This document shows positions 1 through 6,956 of a stretch of 20,496 bases of DNA, in pieces (positions within the stretch are counted from its first letter, which is position 1; each line of letters opens with the position of its first letter). A program made the position numbers and the translations under genes. The DNA lies in contig JAUWOR010000013.1 in assembly GCA_030612025.1 (NCBI GenBank), positions 1-20,496 on the forward strand. The letters run 5' to 3'. This DNA comes from Dehalococcoidia bacterium (lineage in GTDB: Bacteria; Chloroflexota; Dehalococcoidia; GIF9; AB-539-J10). The notes under the pieces are model-generated. The model made no database searches, was not told where the DNA came from, and was given only the letters and a program-made list of their open reading frames with translations.

Positions 1-343
1 CATCATTGCCTGGCAAGAAGCCCGTAAGCTGACGCAGCTAATTTACGATGTGACCCGTGACTACAATTTCCGAAGAGACTTCTCCCTCCGTGATCAAATG
101 CAACGAGCCTGTGTATCTACTATGTCCAACATCGCTGAGGGCTATGCACGACAAACCGACAAAGAATTCATCCAGTTTTTGTATATCGCTTTGGGTTCTG
201 TCGCCGAAGTTCAGAGTCAGCTTTACATAGCTCAAGACCTGAACTATATTTCAAAAGGGGATTTCGATAAAATTCACGAGCTAGGAACTGAAACGGCGCG
301 GCTTATCGCCGGTTTCATAAAATACTTAAGGGGAACTGGCTAA
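1..343 (+). CDS. Four-helix-bundle protein (23S rRNA IVS protein-like / TIGR02436-like), 5'-partial
   Basis: The frame is open from base 2: IIAWQEARKLTQLIY...LRDQMQRACVSTMSNIAEGY...EFIQFLYIALGSVAEVQSQL. WQ.A, SNIAEG and F..FL.IA.GS..E are hallmark motifs. The true start lies upstream of the window. Confidence 0.93.
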   Translation, partial: IIAWQEARKLTQLIYDVTRDYNFRRDFSLRDQMQRACVSTMSNIAEGYARQTDKEFIQFLYIALGSVAEVQSQLYIAQDLNYISKGDFDKIHELGTETARLIAGFIKYLRGTG

Positions 344-373
344 TGACTACCAGACTATTGACTGCCGACTTCA
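344..373 (+). repeat. Degenerate ~7-bp tandem repeat (GACT core) right after the four-helix stop codon
   Basis: GACT occurs at 345, 353, 360 and 367 (spacing 8, 7, 7). Confidence 0.6.
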
Positions 374-375
374 TA

Positions 376-456
376 GCAACTAAGGTATCCAAGCTAATCA
401 ATGCTTTTATGACCTATCTTCGCTCTCACCAAAGATCAAAAGGAGCTAGCAAATGA
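376..456 (+). pseudogene. Orphan 3' end of a second four-helix-bundle gene
   Basis: Translates ATKVSKLINAFMTYLRSHQRSKGASK*. This aligns with the C-terminus of the upstream gene, GTETARLIAGFIKYLRGTG* (LI..F..YLR). No start codon precedes the aligned segment. Confidence 0.7.
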
Positions 457-458
457 AC

Positions 459-501
459 CAACCATCTCAACTATCTCAACCATCTCAACTATCCCAACCA
501 T
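459..501 (+). repeat. 9-bp tandem array CAAC(C/T)ATCT, about 5 units (copy 1)
   Basis: CAACCATCT CAACTATCT CAACCATCT CAACTATCC CAACCAT; no G on the top strand. Confidence 0.92.
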
Positions 502-507
502 TCCTTA

Positions 508-536
508 TTGCCCAAGCTAAGCCTTTCAGCTATAAT
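508..536 (+). promoter_or_regulatory. Sigma70-type promoter for the TA pair at 600-950
   Basis: TTGCCC (508-513), 17-bp spacer, TATAAT (531-536). Confidence 0.6.
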
Positions 537-599
537 TACAACCTTGAAGAAAGGGTGATCTATTAGATAAGCAAAGACCATATAACGAGAGACAGAAAA

Positions 600-824
600 A
601 TGATTGTTCGGAGAAATGCTACTAAACAGTCCTTAACGAATATTCTGGATGAGCTATCCGAAAAAGATGCGCGCCAGGTTCTTTCCTTTGCTGAGTTCTT
701 AAAGCTTCGTGAGGAGCGATGGTTTATTGACTATGTGAACGAGAGAACAAAAGAGGCCTTGGCGTCTAAGAAGGCAGGCAAGAAGTTTTTCAGTTTAGAA
801 GAACTTCAAAGGGGACTCGGCTAA
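600..824 (+). CDS. Putative antitoxin (74 aa)
   Basis: Small ORF directly upstream of a RelE-like remnant. Its C-terminus KAGKKFFSLEELQRGLG resembles KKGKFITLGELQNKLG of the 4262-4486 antitoxin. Confidence 0.65.
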   Translation: MIVRRNATKQSLTNILDELSEKDARQVLSFAEFLKLREERWFIDYVNERTKEALASKKAGKKFFSLEELQRGLG

Positions 825-827
825 AAG

Positions 828-950
828 ATGGGCTCAGGTTATGCGCTTGAGCTGTCTCCCGTTTATTTCATCGAAGGGAGCTTAGTCCTTGTTACCATAA
901 TAGGAGCTAGGGAGAACATTTATAAAAGGGCTAGACAACAGAAGCGATGA
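828..950 (+). pseudogene. RelE/ParE-family toxin with a large in-frame internal deletion (40 aa)
   Basis: MGSGYALELSP-VYFIEGSLVLVTIIGARENIYKRARQQKR*. A RelE-like first strand is joined directly to the C-terminal VY.I....V....G.REN.Y motif (compare VYKISETAKSAILIMVGSRENFY at 4487-4771). Confidence 0.75.
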
Positions 951-952
951 TC

Positions 953-996
953 AAACCATCTCAACTAACTCAACCATCTCAACTATCTCAACTATT
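953..996 (+). repeat. 9-bp tandem array CAAC(C/T)ATCT, about 5 units (copy 2)
   Basis: AAACCATCT CAACTAACT CAACCATCT CAACTATCT CAACTATT, starting 2 bp after the TGA at 950. Confidence 0.92.
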
Positions 997-997
997 C

Positions 998-1039
998 ATC
1001 TGCATCATCGGCGCTGGCTATATTGGCTTGGTAGCTGCC
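998..1039 (+). pseudogene. Orphan 5' stub of a UDP-glucose dehydrogenase gene
   Basis: Reads ICIIGAGYIGLVAA. Bases 1010-1039 match ugd 6975-7004 at 29/30 nt. Confidence 0.85.
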
Positions 1040-1079
1040 CCATTGTGACTTCAAGATTGGTTCAGAATGCAGCGTAGTA

Positions 1080-1107
1080 TTGATTTATAACCCTTTCCTA
1101 GTATAAT
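1080..1107 (+). promoter_or_regulatory. Putative sigma70 promoter of the rfbABD genes
   Basis: TTGATT (1080-1085), 16-bp spacer, TATAAT (1102-1107). Confidence 0.5.
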
Positions 1108-1140
1108 AAGCATAAATTGGCTTCCGGAATAGCACTTCTC

Positions 1141-2208
1141 ATGAAAGCTTTAATCTTAGCCGGTGGCAAAGGGACAAGGCTTAAGCCTCTCACCAACACT
1201 ATGGCTAAACAACTCCTGCCTGTGGCCAATAAACCTATCTTGTTTTATGTGCTGGACCAGATTAAAGAAGCAGGCATTACAGATATAGGCATCATCATTT
1301 CTCCAGGAACTGGTCCTTATATAAAAGAAGCTGTGGGAGACGGCACGAGATGGAATGCTCAGATTACTTATATCCTCCAGCCTGAGCCTTTAGGTCTAGC
1401 ACATGCGGTAAAAACAGCCCATGATTTCCTGGGCAACTCCCCCTTCCTCATGTTCCTTGGCGATAATCTTATTCAAGGAGGAATAACTCAGTTTGTGGAG
1501 CAATTTAATACCAGCTCCCCTGATGCCCTCATTTTACTCAAAGCAGTTAAGGAAACTCACCTCTTTGGTATTGCTGAGCTGGATGAAGCAGGAAAAGTAT
1601 GCCATATTGAGGAAAAGCCAAAGCATCCCAGAAGCAACCTGGCAGTGATAGGAGTGTATTTATTCTCCCCACTTGTTCACGAAGCTATCGCTTATATCAA
1701 GCCCTCCTGGCGAGGAGAGTTGGAAATCACTGATACTATCCAGCAACTTATCGATGCGGGTAAAAATGTCCAGAGTTATACTCTGGATGGCTGGTGGCTT
1801 GATACCGGTAAAAAAGACGACCTTCTGGAAGCCAATCGGGTTGTCCTTGATGATTTGCTTGAGCGTGATATAAAAGGCGAAACTGATGCCACAAGCCAGA
1901 TAGTGGGCAGAGTCGAAATCAGACCAGGAACGAAGATAGAAAACAGCACCGTCAGGGGACCAGTATCCATTGCTGAGAGTTGCCAGATTAAGAATTCCTT
2001 TATCGGACCTTTCACTAGCATTGGTGCTGGCACGGTGATTGAGAGCTCCTCCATAGAGCACTCCGTGATTTTGGAGGATTGTCATATACTCAATATAGAG
2101 CGCCTGGCTGATAGTATTATCGGTAAAGGCACAGAGGTTATCAAACAGGAGCAAGGCTTTAAAGCGCTAAGGCTTTTTCTTGGCGATGATGCCAAGGTAG
2201 AACTATAA
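1141..2208 (+). CDS. rfbA: Glucose-1-phosphate thymidylyltransferase, long form
   Basis: MKALILAGGKGTRL, KQLLPVANKP, LGLAHAV, SWRGELEITD and a C-terminal hexapeptide-like domain. ATG 1141 is preferred over TTG 1117. Confidence 0.95.
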   Translation: MKALILAGGKGTRLKPLTNTMAKQLLPVANKPILFYVLDQIKEAGITDIGIIISPGTGPYIKEAVGDGTRWNAQITYILQPEPLGLAHAVKTAHDFLGNSPFLMFLGDNLIQGGITQFVEQFNTSSPDALILLKAVKETHLFGIAELDEAGKVCHIEEKPKHPRSNLAVIGVYLFSPLVHEAIAYIKPSWRGELEITDTIQQLIDAGKNVQSYTLDGWWLDTGKKDDLLEANRVVLDDLLERDIKGETDATSQIVGRVEIRPGTKIENSTVRGPVSIAESCQIKNSFIGPFTSIGAGTVIESSSIEHSVILEDCHILNIERLADSIIGKGTEVIKQEQGFKALRLFLGDDAKVEL

Positions 2209-2223
2209 AAGAAGGCGGGAAAA

Positions 2224-3228
2224 ATGAAACTCCTTGTGACTGGCGGTGCTGGCTTTATTGGCAGCAACTTCGTTCATCATATTCTCAATGAGCATCCCAA
2301 CTGGGGAATAATAAATCTAGACAAGCTTACCTATGCAGGTAACTTAGAGAACTTAAAGGATATTGAAAATGATCCCAGATATCACTTTGTCAAAGGTGAT
2401 ATAGCCGATAGAGAATTAGTTAATAACCTTTTACAGGATAACTTTGATGTCATTGTAAACTTTGCTGCTGAATCACATGTTGACCGCAGCATTCTGGATG
2501 CCTCGCCCTTCATCGAAACCAACGTCAAAGGCACTCAAGTTCTTCTTGAAGGAGCACACCAATACAAAGTGCGAAAATTCATCCAGGTATCTACCGATGA
2601 AGTCTATGGCTCTATAGAGGAGGGCAGATTTACTGAGCAATCACCTTTCTCCCCAAATAGTCCTTATGCTGCCAGCAAAGTTGCCGCTGACCTCCTATGC
2701 CATGCCTATTGGAAAACCTACCAACTTCCTGTGGTCATCACTAGATGCTCCAATAACCTGGGACCATTTCAATTCCCCGAAAAACTCATCCCCTTAGCTA
2801 TAACCAACGCCTTGGAAAATAAACCCATCCCCATTTACGGAGATGGACTAAATATAAGAGACTGGATTTATGTCCTTGACCATTGCCGAGCCTTAGACTT
2901 GGCTATCCAAAAGGGAAAGCCTGGGGAGGTATACAACATCGCCGCCAATCAGGAGAAGACGAATCTGGAACTCATACATCAACTCCTGGATATGATGGTC
3001 AAGCCCCAAAGCCTCGTAACCTTCGTTGCTGACCGCCCTGGTCACGACCGGCGTTACGCCCTGAATGCCAGTAAAATAACTAAAGAGCTAGGTTGGAAAC
3101 CAACCTATTCCTTTGAGAAAGCACTAGCAACTACCGTCGATTGGTATGTAAATCATGAGCATTGGTGGCGTCAGATTAAAAGCGGCGAATATGCCAAATA
3201 TTACCAGCGAATGTACTCCCACAGATGA
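2224..3228 (+). CDS. rfbB: dTDP-glucose 4,6-dehydratase
   Basis: GGAGFIG, DKLTYAGN, AAESHVDRSI, STDEVYG, YAASK, DRPGHDRRY. Confidence 0.97.
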   Translation: MKLLVTGGAGFIGSNFVHHILNEHPNWGIINLDKLTYAGNLENLKDIENDPRYHFVKGDIADRELVNNLLQDNFDVIVNFAAESHVDRSILDASPFIETNVKGTQVLLEGAHQYKVRKFIQVSTDEVYGSIEEGRFTEQSPFSPNSPYAASKVAADLLCHAYWKTYQLPVVITRCSNNLGPFQFPEKLIPLAITNALENKPIPIYGDGLNIRDWIYVLDHCRALDLAIQKGKPGEVYNIAANQEKTNLELIHQLLDMMVKPQSLVTFVADRPGHDRRYALNASKITKELGWKPTYSFEKALATTVDWYVNHEHWWRQIKSGEYAKYYQRMYSHR

Positions 3229-4094
3229 AAATCCTGGTCACCGGAGCTAATGGGCAGCTAGGAACTGACCTTTGTAAGGTTCTCCAGCATTTTGAACTTA
3301 TCCCACTCACTCATAAGGAGATTGAAATCGCCGATATAAACTCAGTTAAATATGCCTTCTGTAAACATAAACCTGATATCATTATAAATACCGCCGCTTA
3401 TGTCCGTGTTGATGACTGTGAAACTGAGCAGGATAGAGCCTTCCTCATCAATGCCTTGGGCGCTAGGAATGTCGCTGTAATAGCTCAGGAGCTTAAAACT
3501 AAACTAATTCACATTAGCACCGACTATGTCTTCGGTGGTGAAAGTGAACCCCGTACTACACCCTATACCGAACTCGATACACCTATCCCTATTAGCATCT
3601 ATGGCAAATCTAAGCTAGCCGGGGAAAACTTCGTCCGCCATTTCTGCCCAAAGCATTTCATTATCAGGACTTCAGGACTCTTCGGAGTCGCTGGTGCCAG
3701 TGGTAAAAATGGCAACTTCGTGGAGACCACGCTAAAACTTGCCCAAGAACGAGAGGAGCTAAAGGTGGTAAATGACCAGGTATTCTCCCCTACCTATACC
3801 AAGGACTTAGCCAAAAAAATAGCCCAGCTCATAACCTCCGAGTACTATGGCATATTCCACATCACTAACAGAGGCTCTTGTTCCTGGTATGAGTTTGCTA
3901 AGGAGATTCTGAAACTGGCAGATTTGAAAATTCGCCTCATTCCCATAACCTCCGATGAATATCCCCAGAAAGCCAGGAGACCCCGCTTTTCAGTATTAGA
4001 TAATTATCATCTCAGGCTTTTAGGCATGGATGATATGAGAACTTGGCAGGAAGCACTCAAAGATTATATGATAAGCAAAGGATATATCAAGTAA
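3225..4094 (+). CDS. rfbD: dTDP-4-dehydrorhamnose reductase
   Basis: GANGQLG, STDYVF, YGKSKLAGE, VNDQ..SPTY, ARRPRFSVL; ATGA overlap with rfbB. Confidence 0.96.
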   Translation: MKILVTGANGQLGTDLCKVLQHFELIPLTHKEIEIADINSVKYAFCKHKPDIIINTAAYVRVDDCETEQDRAFLINALGARNVAVIAQELKTKLIHISTDYVFGGESEPRTTPYTELDTPIPISIYGKSKLAGENFVRHFCPKHFIIRTSGLFGVAGASGKNGNFVETTLKLAQEREELKVVNDQVFSPTYTKDLAKKIAQLITSEYYGIFHITNRGSCSWYEFAKEILKLADLKIRLIPITSDEYPQKARRPRFSVLDNYHLRLLGMDDMRTWQEALKDYMISKGYIK

Positions 4095-4102
4095 AATTTA
4101 GA

Positions 4103-4234
4103 AGGCTGTTTAAAAATGTAGTTGCCCAATTCATTGGGCGATAGTGCCTGATAAATCAGGCAACTACAAAAATTTGGGGGTGAAAACTCTCCAAAATGCC
4201 CAAAATCGAACGGGAAAACAAAATTAAACAGCCT
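4103..4234. mobile_element. 132-bp MITE with 11-bp terminal inverted repeats and an 8-bp target-site duplication
   Basis: AGGCTGTTTAA (4103-4113) and TTAAACAGCCT (4224-4234), flanked by AATTTAGA at 4095-4102 and 4235-4242. Confidence 0.8.
4117..4168. repeat. GTAG-type REP doublet (inverted pair) inside the MITE
   Basis: TGTAGTTGCC...GGCAACTACA outer arms, with inner hairpins GCCCAAT-TC-ATTGGGC and GCCTGAT-AA-ATCAGGC. Confidence 0.8.
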
Positions 4235-4261
4235 AATTTAGAGGAAGGAGGAAGATGAGCT

Positions 4262-4486
4262 ATGGCTAAACAAGAAGAAAAGATGATCCCTGTAACTATT
4301 TATTTAACCCCAAAGCAGATTCGAGAGGCTTATCAGCAATTGGCTGAGGGAGAGGAAGAAGAGGATTGGATAAATGCCCCAGAGATTCTCGAGATGTTGG
4401 CTAAGCGTGAAGACGAAGTAGCCAGGGAGATTAAAAAAGGAAAGTTTATAACCCTAGGGGAGCTCCAGAACAAATTAGGTAAGTAA
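4262..4486 (+). CDS. Putative antitoxin (74 aa, acidic)
   Basis: AAGGAGG ribosome-binding site; acidic EGEEEED stretch; its stop abuts the ATG of a RelE-like toxin. Confidence 0.7.
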   Translation: MAKQEEKMIPVTIYLTPKQIREAYQQLAEGEEEEDWINAPEILEMLAKREDEVAREIKKGKFITLGELQNKLGK

Positions 4487-4771
4487 ATGTATGAGCTTGT
4501 CATTCCTCGCTCAGTTGAGAAGGACATCGGGAAGTTGCCACACCAGCTTCAAAAGATAATAGCAAACGAGTACCTTGAATCAATTAAATCCAATCCACAC
4601 CAAAGCGGATTCCTGCGAGGAAAATCTAGAGGCCTCCGCAAGTATACTTTTTCCTATAAGGGAACCGAGTATAGAATTGTCTACAAGATTTCGGAGACAG
4701 CCAAATCGGCTATACTTATCATGGTCGGCTCCAGGGAAAATTTCTACGAGAGACTGAGACGGCGTATCTAA
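4487..4771 (+). CDS. RelE/ParE-family toxin
   Basis: Basic 94-aa protein: MYELVIPRSVEKDIGKL...NP...LRG...LRKY...EYRIVY.I......I.VGSRENFY. Confidence 0.88.
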   Translation: MYELVIPRSVEKDIGKLPHQLQKIIANEYLESIKSNPHQSGFLRGKSRGLRKYTFSYKGTEYRIVYKISETAKSAILIMVGSRENFYERLRRRI

Positions 4772-4806
4772 CCGATGTAGAGTACGCAGGAGGCTAGTCA
4801 TGATAG

Positions 4807-4935
4807 CAGAAAGCCAGAAGACCCCGTTTCTCGGTGCTGGATAACTACCACCTCAGGCTCCTAAGAATGGATGACATGCAAACTTGGCAGGAGGCACTCA
4901 GAGATTATATGATAGAGAAAGGATGTAGCCCGTAG
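4807..4935 (+). pseudogene. Orphan diverged copy of the last 43 codons of rfbD
   Basis: Gap-free alignment to 3966-4094 at 102/129 nt: QKARRPRFSVLDNYHLRLLRMDDMQTWQEALRDYMIEKGCSP*. Preceded in frame by TGA TAG. Confidence 0.95.
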
Positions 4936-4936
4936 G

Positions 4937-5233
4937 TTGAAGATTGCCGTCTCCATTAGTAGAGTACCACTCAGATTAACGGATAAACAATGGCATCACA
5001 TGAGCGAGAGACACCCAGAATTAGCTGGCAAGTTTCAGGAAGTTTTGGAAGCGATAAGTTCCCCCACCATTGTCCAGCAGGGAGATTTTGGCACACTCCT
5101 TGCTGTTAAAAAGGAGAATGACAAATACCTGATCGTGGTCTACAGAGAAATTTCCCGAATTGACGGCTTCATAATTACAGCGTATTATAGCAAGAGATTA
5201 AGATGGCAAAGGAGAGCGATATGGAGACCCTGA
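4937..5233 (+). CDS. Putative RelE-fold/DUF4258-like toxin partner of DUF2283
   Basis: LRLTDKQWHHMSERHPEL...YLIVVYRE...DGFIITAY; overlaps a DUF2283 gene; TTG start. Confidence 0.65.
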   Translation: MKIAVSISRVPLRLTDKQWHHMSERHPELAGKFQEVLEAISSPTIVQQGDFGTLLAVKKENDKYLIVVYREISRIDGFIITAYYSKRLRWQRRAIWRP

Positions 5234-5436
5234 AAATGGAAATCCCGCAGCAAGCTACCTGGGACTATGATGATGAAGCAGATACCTTATATATTTCATT
5301 TGGTAAACCCCAGCCAGCACTTACTGAGGATATCGGCGAAGGGATTTTAGCTCGCTATCTTGAAGATTCTGGCGAACTCGTCGGATTTACCATAATAGGC
5401 GTTAGTCAAGTTATAAAGCAAAAGTCAAAGATATGA
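5221..5436 (+). CDS. DUF2283-domain protein (putative antitoxin)
   Basis: WDYDDEADTLYISFG...GELVGFTI motif. AAGGAG at 5209-5214 favours ATG 5221. Confidence 0.85.
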   Translation: METLKMEIPQQATWDYDDEADTLYISFGKPQPALTEDIGEGILARYLEDSGELVGFTIIGVSQVIKQKSKI

Positions 5437-5933
5437 TGCCAGCCAAAGGCAAGAAATTCGAAGCCAAATCAAAGCAGCTAATACAAGGAGTCCAGGTCAA
5501 GCAGCTAAAATGGATACCTGACGAGCGGGGGAAGCTGATGGAAATGCTCCGCTGCGATGACACTATGTTTGAGAAATTCGGCCAGGTGTATGTCACCACC
5601 TGCTACCCCGGAGTGGTAAAAGCCTGGCATTATCATCAAAATCAAGCCGATAACATGGTAGTAGTTAAAGGCATGGCAAAAGTCGCCCTCTATGACCCCA
5701 GGGAAGATTCTCCCACCAAAGGACTGGTCAACGAGTTCTCCATCGGTGAAGACAACCCCATGCTTATCCATATCCCTGAATTGGTCTTCCATGGCTTCAA
5801 GGCTTATGGCTCCGAGCCTGCCTATGTGCTAAACACTGTCACCCAGCCTTATAACCACAAAGAGCCCGATGAATTCCGCATTGACCCCTTCGACAATGAT
5901 ATACCCTACGATTGGGCCCTGAAGCAGGGCTAA
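5433..5933 (+). CDS. rfbC: dTDP-4-dehydrorhamnose 3,5-epimerase family (cupin)
   Basis: DERG.L.E, PGVVKAWHYH, LYDPREDSPT, IP..VFHGF. Confidence 0.9.
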   Translation: MMPAKGKKFEAKSKQLIQGVQVKQLKWIPDERGKLMEMLRCDDTMFEKFGQVYVTTCYPGVVKAWHYHQNQADNMVVVKGMAKVALYDPREDSPTKGLVNEFSIGEDNPMLIHIPELVFHGFKAYGSEPAYVLNTVTQPYNHKEPDEFRIDPFDNDIPYDWALKQG

Positions 5934-5957
5934 ACGTGAGGCTATTGAAATTGTTTA

Positions 5958-6066
5958 TTGTCATTGCGAGCCGAAGGCGTGGCAATCTCATCGCAAACCT
6001 TTAGTGTTGTCTCATTGAGATTGCTTCGTTATCCCGCGCTTCACTCGGCATTTCCCACAATGACAA
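5958..6066. repeat. Palindromic element GTCATTGCGAG...GCAATCTC...GAGATTGC...CAATGAC (full copy)
   Basis: Outer inverted repeat TTGTCATTG/CAATGACAA and inner GCAATCTCA/TGAGATTGC. The first 33 bp are identical to 8389-8421. Confidence 0.85.
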
Positions 6067-6110
6067 GGAAGAAATTCGAGGGTCACTAATCAAATAGATG
6101 GCACAGCTCA

Positions 6111-6139
6111 TTGACTCAAGCCAGCCATCAAGTTAAAAT
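6111..6139 (+). promoter_or_regulatory. Sigma70 promoter of hicBA
   Basis: TTGACT (6111-6116), 17-bp spacer, TAAAAT (6134-6139). Confidence 0.65.
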
Positions 6140-6168
6140 GAAATAAAGAGGAAAGACATGAGGGATTG

Positions 6169-6375
6169 ATGAATTATACCATTGTAGTGCGGCGATCGTT
6201 ATCTGGACATTATATCGCTAGCTGTCCCTCTATTCCAGAATGTCATGCCCAAGGTGATACCTATGAAGAAGCCATTCAGAATGCTAAGGAAGCGCTTCAA
6301 CTCTGTGTTGAATATATGCAAGAACAAGGGGAAAGGCTTCCTGAGGAAGTGGGCAGCGAGAAAGTATTGGTGTGA
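6169..6375 (+). CDS. hicB: HicB-family antitoxin (short form)
   Basis: YIASCPSIPECHAQGDTYEEAIQNAKEALQL motif. Confidence 0.92.
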   Translation: MNYTIVVRRSLSGHYIASCPSIPECHAQGDTYEEAIQNAKEALQLCVEYMQEQGERLPEEVGSEKVLV

Positions 6376-6611
6376 GCAAACTACCTGAGCTTAAGCCTGT
6401 TAAGCTCACCAGAGCTTTGGAGAGACTGGGATTTGAAAAAGTCAGGCAAAGTGGCGGTCATGCCATATATAAGCATAGCGATGGCAGATGGACTACAGTT
6501 CCTATTCATCCTGGGAAAGGCGTTGACCCTGATCTCTTGGGTGACATCCTGAAGCAGATAAAGGTAACGAAAGAGGAATTTCTGGCAGCTCTCGGAAGGG
6601 AAAAGAAGTAG
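6372..6611 (+). CDS. hicA: HicA-family toxin
   Basis: ALERLGFEKVRQSGGHAIYKHSDGRWTTVPIHPG...ILKQ; GTGA overlap with hicB. Confidence 0.92.
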   Translation: MSKLPELKPVKLTRALERLGFEKVRQSGGHAIYKHSDGRWTTVPIHPGKGVDPDLLGDILKQIKVTKEEFLAALGREKK

Positions 6612-6745
6612 CTCAGTTATGAAGATGACCTACCATAAGCAAGCGTATAGAACCTGTTTAGGCTAAGTTTTAATAAGACACCTCACTATTCAGCCAAATT
6701 TCACACGAGGAATCTTAAATACAAATCAAATAAGCTGAAAAGGAA

Positions 6746-6778
6746 TTGAGCACCGTTCAGAGAATTGCCAAAAATATC
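6746..6778 (+). pseudogene. Probable orphan 5' stub of an RfbX-type flippase
   Basis: AAAGGAA followed by TTG: MSTVQRIAKNI. This resembles the 'TVQRIAKN' start of archaeal-type flippases, then the frame runs into REP sequences. The match is short. Confidence 0.5.
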
Positions 6779-6803
6779 GATATTGCTTCACTTTCATACC
6801 TCA

Positions 6804-6913
6804 GTAGGGGACAAGCCCCGACCCTACGAGACACTTACCACTCACCTAACCTCTCCCTTGAAGGGAGAGGAATAAGGTGAGGGTGAATGCAGCGGGGTTC
6901 ATCCCCGCCTTAC
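6804..6913. repeat. Cluster of palindromes: two REP-like hairpins flanking a CCTCTCCC-TTGAA-GGGAGAGG element
   Basis: GTAGGGGACAAGCCCCGACCCTAC (6804-6827); CTCACCT..CCTCTCCCTTGAAGGGAGAGG..AGGTGAG (6841-6881); GCGGGG-TTCAT-CCCCGC (6892-6908). Confidence 0.8.
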
Positions 6914-6919
6914 CAAGGA

Positions 6920-6949
6920 TTGCTTCATCTATATCAGGTCGCCTATAAT
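6920..6949 (+). promoter_or_regulatory. Promoter of ugd, predicted leaderless transcript
   Basis: TTGCTT, 18-bp spacer, TATAAT (6944-6949). The ATG follows 7 nt later with no Shine-Dalgarno. Confidence 0.6.
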
Positions 6950-6956
6950 GTGAATA

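Noticed and set aside
1-343. 23S rRNA intervening sequence
   Set aside because: The protein family carries that name historically, but no rRNA sequence follows the gene here.
459-996. CRISPR array
   Set aside because: The units are 9-bp tandem repeats with no unique spacers, and there are no cas genes.
1660-2154. 164-aa antisense ORF and the other short ORFs overlapping recognised genes (e.g. 5505-5792, 7587-7847, 8370-8624, 12761-13924)
   Set aside because: These are shadow frames of well-supported genes or of repeats, with no recognisable motifs.
3966-4935. DGR template/variable repeat pair (rfbD end and its copy, with an Avd-like four-helix gene nearby)
   Set aside because: The differences are not adenine-specific (many are T/C at third positions) and there is no reverse transcriptase in the window.
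5939-5952. AGGCTATTGAAATT as the left end of a second MITE
   Set aside because: It resembles the 4103 terminal repeat, but no matching right end or target duplication was found.
6619-6666. Possible DUF2283 5' stub (MKMTYHKQAY...)
   Set aside because: Only a vague 9-residue resemblance, too short to support.
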